In this document: positions 7,434 through 11,113 of the stretch, piece by piece
How the letters are laid out: each line of letters starts with the position of its first letter
How positions within the stretch are numbered: the first letter of the stretch is position 1
Assembly (NCBI GenBank): GCA_944372665.1
Contig: CALVZV010000048.1
Location: 1 to 11,113, forward strand
DNA length: 11,113 nucleotides
Reading direction: 5' to 3'
Source of the DNA: an uncultured Clostridia bacterium
GTDB taxonomy: Bacteria; Bacillota; Clostridia; Christensenellales; DTU072
Program-made: the position numbers and the translations under genes
Notes under the pieces: generated by a model
Databases searched by the model: none
What the model saw: only the letters and a program-made list of their open reading frames with translations
Told to the model about the DNA's origin: nothing

Positions 7434-8236
7434 AACTTCCATCTGGCAAAACGGTTGTGATAACCGGCGCTACCGCCGGTATAGGCAAAGCGCTCCGCGA
7501 ACTTTACGAAAAAGCGGGGAACGTCGTCGTCAATATTTCCAGGCACGCTCCCGAAAGTTTGTCGGATTATGCCGCCGACATCGCCGACCGCGAAAGAATC
7601 GAGGCGATAGTCGAGGACATAGGCAAGCGTTTCGGAAAGATCGATATATTGATCAACAACGCGGGATACGGACAATCGGGTCCCCTGGAGCTGATTCCGG
7701 ATACCGAAATCAGAAAGATCACGGACGTCAATTTCTTGGGAGCGGTATGGCTGACGCGCGCGGCGATAAAGCATATGCCGCCCGGATCCGTCATCGGTTA
7801 CGTGTGCTCCGTCGGCAGCATAATCCCCATGCCCTACCGCACCATGTACGCGGCTACAAAAGCCGCTTTGGGCAGTACGGCTTTCGGGATGCGAATGGAG
7901 CTAAAGCCTTTGGGCATCAAGGTATGCGCACTTTACGTCGCGGCGGTCAAGACCGATTTCGCCGCACACCGCGAAAAAATACAGGTCAGCGAAGGGAAGT
8001 ATTTCAAGGCTTTATCGGGAACGGACAGATTTATCGACGACAAAGGCGGCAAGAACGCGACGGGAAAACTTACGCCGGAAAGCGCGGCGATCAAAATGGC
8101 TAAAGCGCTGGCGCGGAAACGTCCTAAAGCCGAAAAGCTTATAGCCACTCCGGCATATTTTATGATATATCCTCTGGCGAAATTCTCCCCCGGACTCGCC
8201 ATTTCGATAATCGAAAAGGTTTTCGGTGCACGCTGA
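7430..8236 (+). CDS. SDR family NAD(P)-dependent oxidoreductase (classical short-chain dehydrogenase), 268 aa
   Basis: TGATAGIGKA (TGxxxGxG cofactor motif), NNAG, and YAATKAA (catalytic YxxxK). AAGGAG SD 7 nt upstream of the ATG. Translationally coupled to the lipoprotein gene via the ATGA overlap. Confidence 0.9.
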   Translation: MKLPSGKTVVITGATAGIGKALRELYEKAGNVVVNISRHAPESLSDYAADIADRERIEAIVEDIGKRFGKIDILINNAGYGQSGPLELIPDTEIRKITDVNFLGAVWLTRAAIKHMPPGSVIGYVCSVGSIIPMPYRTMYAATKAALGSTAFGMRMELKPLGIKVCALYVAAVKTDFAAHREKIQVSEGKYFKALSGTDRFIDDKGGKNATGKLTPESAAIKMAKALARKRPKAEKLIATPAYFMIYPLAKFSPGLAISIIEKVFGAR

Positions 8237-8250
8237 AAACGCGCATCCTC

Positions 8251-8290
8251 AAAAAAACCCGCCTCCGGGCGGGTTTTGAATTTATTTTTT
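8251..8290. terminator. Bidirectional Rho-independent terminator shared by the convergent SDR (+) and 8282-9025 (-) genes
   Basis: aaaaaaa-CCCGCC-tccg-GGCGGG-ttttgaatttatttttt: a GC stem with an A-run on one side and T-runs on the other. Confidence 0.8.
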
Positions 8291-9025
8291 CTTTTTCGCT
8301 TCTTTTTCCGCTGCGATGCTTTTTTCCAGATATTCGCCTAAAGCCGTCATCTTCTCCTCAAGATAGCATGTTATGCGCTCAGTTTCCTGTTTCAGGGGCG
8401 CTTCGGGGTCGAATACGGTAGGCTCGCCCATCACCACGCGGCGCGATTTCGGATCGCAATAGCTGGGATAGAATTTCAGTATCTTGCCGGTTTCTTTATA
8501 ATAATAGTACGCCGAGTACGCGAAACCGCGCTGAAAACGCTTTAAATACTTGTTCATCGGCGTATCTTTGGTTTCGGGCGTGATCATCACTTTATTGCCT
8601 TCTTTCAGCGCTTTTACGGTGGCGTTATACGTTTCCCTGACTCTAAGATCGTGCCACGCGGGAATGGTGTCATAGCTGACGAAATAGAGATTTATCAAAG
8701 GCATCAGGATATATGCCAGCGGCATCAGAAAGCCCAGCTTGGTTACTTTGGCAAGCACGTTCTTGAAATGGTCTATTCCGTCTTTATAAGTTCTGAGCTT
8801 GGCGTTCGACCAGAAATTGAGCTTGTCGCCGTAAAACAGCTCGTATGCGAACGGCGCCTGAAGCGTGGTGTGATTGCACAAGATTATGCATGGCTCGCTC
8901 GGCTTTTCCACCAGGAATTCAAACGTGGCTTTTCTGGCGAAAAAACCTATCGTCTTGTTCAAGCACGTAGCGAATTTACCGTATTTTCTTTTATTAAAGT
9001 TAAGTTTAGCCATCTGCACATACAA
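8282..9025 (-). CDS. Hypothetical protein with weak lysophospholipid-acyltransferase (PlsC/LPLAT)-like motifs, 247 aa
   Basis: CNHTT… loosely resembles the HX4D block but lacks the Asp. VMITPETKD loosely resembles FPEGTR. A hydrophobic segment (LGFLMPLAYILMPLINLYF) is present. No SD before either candidate ATG (9025 or 9013). Likely co-transcribed with the upstream cytidylate-kinase-like gene, since no terminator lies between them. Confidence 0.35.
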   Translation of the reverse strand: MYVQMAKLNFNKRKYGKFATCLNKTIGFFARKATFEFLVEKPSEPCIILCNHTTLQAPFAYELFYGDKLNFWSNAKLRTYKDGIDHFKNVLAKVTKLGFLMPLAYILMPLINLYFVSYDTIPAWHDLRVRETYNATVKALKEGNKVMITPETKDTPMNKYLKRFQRGFAYSAYYYYKETGKILKFYPSYCDPKSRRVVMGEPTVFDPEAPLKQETERITCYLEEKMTALGEYLEKSIAAEKEAKKKK

Positions 9026-9092
9026 AAAACAGTTTATTTACCGCAAAGATCAAAGCATCGGATTCCGGCAGTTTGCAAAGTCAAAAAGGCGA

Positions 9093-9701
9093 TCAGGATT
9101 TATTTTCCTTGAACCACCCTTCCGCATAGGCTTTCAAGCCGTCGATCAGCTTGTCTATATCGGCTCCCGCCGTATTTACCATCAGATTATACCCGCGCCT
9201 GTCGCCCCAGCGTATCGGCGCAAACGTGTCGTGCGTTTTGCGTCTGCCGGCGTCTATCTGTCTGCATTTCCTCAATATCTGTCTGTCCGTCGCCTCGGGA
9301 TGCAGCTCGCCCCTTTCCCTGCACCTTCTGATTTTATGCTCGGGATCGGAATACACAAATATCTTCAGCGGATTCTTCTTGGCAAGAATGATATCGCCCA
9401 TGCGCCCCACGATAACGCAGTCGCGTTTTTCGCTCAGCGCGGTAATCACCTTATGCTGCGCCGCCAGCACGTCTATGGCGGGCTGATTTATCGAAAAACC
9501 GAAAGTCCGTCCGTAGTGGAAATTGAAACTGACCGCGCCGTCGGAAACCTTGTCTATGAAACCGGCGTCGTAATCGGTATGCCTGACGATCTCCTTGATG
9601 ATCTCGGAATCGTAATAAGCAAATCCCAGCGCTTCGGCGAGTTTTTTACCAAGCTCCCTGCCGCCGCTTGCAAATTCTCTGGATACGGTTATTATACGCA
9701 T
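9093..9701 (-). CDS. Cytidylate kinase-like family protein (PF13189-type P-loop NTPase), 202 aa
   Basis: MRIITVSREFASGGRELGKKLAEALGFAYYDSEII matches the Cytidylate_kin2 N-terminal signature (IItIgReyGSGGreigkkLAekLg.pyyD.eli). ATG at 9701 is preceded by GGGAGA with a 6-nt spacer. The six-frame-track ORF's TTG at 9716 is rejected in favour of this ATG. Confidence 0.75.
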   Translation of the reverse strand: MRIITVSREFASGGRELGKKLAEALGFAYYDSEIIKEIVRHTDYDAGFIDKVSDGAVSFNFHYGRTFGFSINQPAIDVLAAQHKVITALSEKRDCVIVGRMGDIILAKKNPLKIFVYSDPEHKIRRCRERGELHPEATDRQILRKCRQIDAGRRKTHDTFAPIRWGDRRGYNLMVNTAGADIDKLIDGLKAYAEGWFKENKS

Positions 9702-9729
9702 ACCTGTCTCCCGCAATTATGTTTTTATT

Positions 9730-9744
9730 ATGTATAGAATACAT
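9730..9744. promoter_or_regulatory. Perfect palindrome ATGTAT-aga-ATACAT ~30 bp upstream of the cytidylate-kinase-like ATG (candidate operator)
   Basis: Direct reading: 6-bp arms with a 3-bp spacer, located between the SD and the likely promoter of the minus-strand gene in the divergent intergenic region. Confidence 0.3.
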
Positions 9745-9849
9745 TTTTCCCCTGAAAATGTCAATCCCTAATAGCTATAGCCTGCCAAAACCTATATAAC
9801 GTTTAAAATCGCAACTGATTCCTCAAGTCATTTTTTATCGGCAACGCAC

Positions 9850-9878
9850 TTGAAATTTTTTTTCCGTGCATGTATAAT
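9850..9878 (+). promoter_or_regulatory. Strong sigma-A promoter TTGAAA-17-TATAAT for the membrane-protein gene
   Basis: ttgaaa at 9850-9855, an exact 17-nt spacer, tataat at 9873-9878 preceded by TG. ~38 nt upstream of the ATG at 9916. Confidence 0.65.
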
Positions 9879-9915
9879 AATTATATTGCAAAAATTTGTG
9901 AAACGGAGGTTTATA

Positions 9916-10442
9916 TGGCTAAAAGTAAAGCTACTTCTGTAAATACCCGCAACGATACCGTTATGGCGGCGCTGGCGTTTATAATCCTCGGCACCATTCT
10001 GGTAGCTGAAAAATCGCTTAATGTGTTAAAACTTGCCGTAATCGTGTTCGGCGTCGCGCTGCTCACCTTGGGTTTATTGGAACTCATAAACCGTAACCTG
10101 ATAGTCGGACTGGCGGAAATAATCGTGGGCGTCGCATTGATAATCATGGCGGCTCTGGTACCGGACATAGCGACGCTGGTGCTTGGAATAGCGCTGTGCC
10201 TTTACGCCATCTATTTCCTTATAATATATTGGAGCTCCCTGACCGGCGGCAAACTCACGCTCAGAAAGGTCATCATTATTCTGCTGATACTGTTCGCGTT
10301 TATTGCAGGCATCCTGCTGATAGTCGAATACTGTGTCGGCGTAGGCGCGGATCTGTGGATCTCCGCAGGCGCGTTCTCTCTGGGAGCAGGTGCTATGCTC
10401 ATTCTCAAGAAATTCGTTTCCGAAGTCAACAGCAAAAAATAA
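9916..10442 (+). CDS. Small polytopic membrane protein (about 5-6 short TM helices, internally repetitive; possibly DUF308/HdeD-like), 175 aa
   Basis: GGAGG SD 6 nt upstream of the ATG at 9916 (MAKSKATSVN…). The ORF-track start at 9870 lacks an SD. Successive ~20-aa hydrophobic segments are rich in small residues (G/A) and Ile/Leu/Val. Confidence 0.7.
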
Positions 10443-10460
10443 AAATAGTTCAAGCTTTAA

Positions 10461-10528
10461 AAGCCGAAGCCTGCGCTTCGGCTTTTTTGTTGCATGTATC
10501 AGCACGAGCACGCCTTCGTGCTTTTAAA
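10461..10528 (+). terminator. Tandem Rho-independent terminators after the membrane-protein gene
   Basis: Hairpin 1: AAGCCGAAGC-ctgc-GCTTCGGCTT followed by TTTTTTG (10461-10489). Hairpin 2: AGCACGA-gcacgcct-TCGTGCT followed by tttaaatatt (10501-10530). Confidence 0.8.
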
Positions 10529-10549
10529 TATTATCTAAAGCTTAAATCG

Positions 10550-10741
10550 TACCCGACAAAGGCGCCGAACGGGTATTTTGACCGAAAACGCGGAAAAGAC
10601 GCTTAAAGCGCGCATGGATTTTTTGCACATTTTAACTACCTTATAAAATAAAAAAACGATAGAACTTCTATCGTAATTTTACCTATTTCGCCCGACAGAC
10701 GCGTTCGGTCTGTCTGTTCTATACTAGTGTGCAAAAAATCT
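10550..10741. repeat. Copy 1 of a ~192-bp tandemly duplicated non-coding module. Contains a 13-bp inverted repeat pair (GATTTTTTGCACA 10617-10629 / TGTGCAAAAAATC 10728-10740) enclosing two hairpins.
   Basis: Direct base-by-base comparison with 10840-11031: identical over 10550-10716, then 3 mismatches (10717, 10724, 10727), then identical to 10741. Internal palindromes: CGATAGAA-c-TTCTATCG (10657-10673) flanked by an A-run and a T-rich run; GACAGAC-gcgttcg-GTCTGTC (10694-10714); ACCCG-n14-CGGGT (10551-10574). Confidence 0.9.
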
Positions 10742-10839
10742 CACAGATGTCGTGTGCGGCTTGAAAGAACGCGTCGGCAGCGATTTAACGCGAATTTTTC
10801 GATGATTTCGCTCAAAACGCCGACCGAGGAGTATCCGGA

Positions 10840-11031
10840 TACCCGACAAAGGCGCCGAACGGGTATTTTGACCGAAAACGCGGAAAAGACGCTTAAAGCG
10901 CGCATGGATTTTTTGCACATTTTAACTACCTTATAAAATAAAAAAACGATAGAACTTCTATCGTAATTTTACCTATTTCGCCCGACAGACGCGTTCGGTC
11001 TGTCTGCTCTATAATATTGTGCAAAAAATCT
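10840..11031. repeat. Copy 2 of the ~192-bp module (offset +290 bp), with the same 13-bp inverted repeat pair at 10907-10919 and 11018-11030
   Basis: See copy 1. 189 of 192 positions are identical. Sequence diverges immediately outside both ends. Confidence 0.9.
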
Positions 11032-11113
11032 GAAAAGTCGAACAGATTGTTAAGAAGCGAGAAAGATTTAGGCACTCGGCATGACCCGTTAGTGCGACTC
11101 GTTTGCACGAGCC

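Noticed and set aside
7238-7774. 178-aa minus-strand ORF overlapping the lipoprotein/SDR junction, and other ORFs antisense to the SDR gene (7567-7794, 7747-8103, 7933-8202)
   Set aside because: Overlap confidently called genes; no SD and no domain signal.
8651-9737. Plus-strand ORFs 8651-9112, 8874-9737 and 9151-9486 opposite the acyltransferase-like and cytidylate-kinase-like genes
   Set aside because: Antisense frames of the two minus-strand genes. The cytidylate-kinase-like gene has a clear P-loop family signature and SD on the minus strand.
9911-10511. Minus-strand ORFs 9911-10168, 10074-10511 and 10211-10453 opposite the membrane-protein gene
   Set aside because: Antisense to a gene with a strong promoter, SD and coherent TM-helix periodicity. 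No start context of their own.
10611-10650. Possible sigma-A promoter (TTGCAC … TATAAAAT) inside each repeat unit
   Set aside because: The spacing between the best -35-like and -10-like hexamers is 13-15 nt, not 16-18. Too weak to call without TSS data.
10727-10936. 69-aa plus-strand ORF (and the minus ORFs 10724-10918, 10926-11108) within the tandem-repeat region
   Set aside because: They span repeat and spacer indiscriminately, are Arg-rich and low-complexity, and lack an SD. The region is better explained as structured non-coding DNA.

Overview
This window looks like a Firmicutes (probably clostridial, about 50% GC) chromosomal segment: it carries veg, a DUF3794/LysM protein that looks like a SipL-like sporulation protein, and Gram-positive-style Shine-Dalgarno sites. 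Ten protein-coding genes are supported, in window order. (1) Minus strand: a two-gene operon of a 64-aa coiled-coil/zinc-ribbon protein followed by a 445-aa SPFH/band-7-like protein. That protein has an unusual C-terminal transmembrane hairpin and a C-terminal DSAA tetrapeptide repeat. (2) Minus strand: veg, then a 487-aa DUF3794-like protein with a C-terminal LysM domain (SipL-like sporulation protein). (3) Minus strand: a ~1041-aa eukaryote-like (type 2) isoleucyl-tRNA synthetase, with no T-box leader and divergent HIGH/KMSKS signatures. (4) Plus strand: a translationally coupled lipoprotein and SDR oxidoreductase pair, divergent from ileS; both divergent promoters have leaderless-type geometry. 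(5) Minus strand: a weakly acyltransferase-like hypothetical protein and a cytidylate-kinase-like (PF13189-type) P-loop protein. (6) Plus strand: a small polytopic membrane protein behind a consensus sigma-A promoter. The 3' ~620 bp of the window is non-coding. It holds a tandem duplication of a ~192-bp module at ~98% identity. Each copy contains a 13-bp terminal inverted repeat pair that encloses two hairpins, one of which reads as a strong intrinsic terminator on the minus strand. This repeat module is the most unusual structure in the window and the one I cannot assign to a known feature class. Several Rho-independent terminators and three consensus TTGACA-17-TAAAAT/TATAAT promoters are readable directly. 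Long ORFs antisense to ileS and to the DUF3794 gene are frame artefacts.
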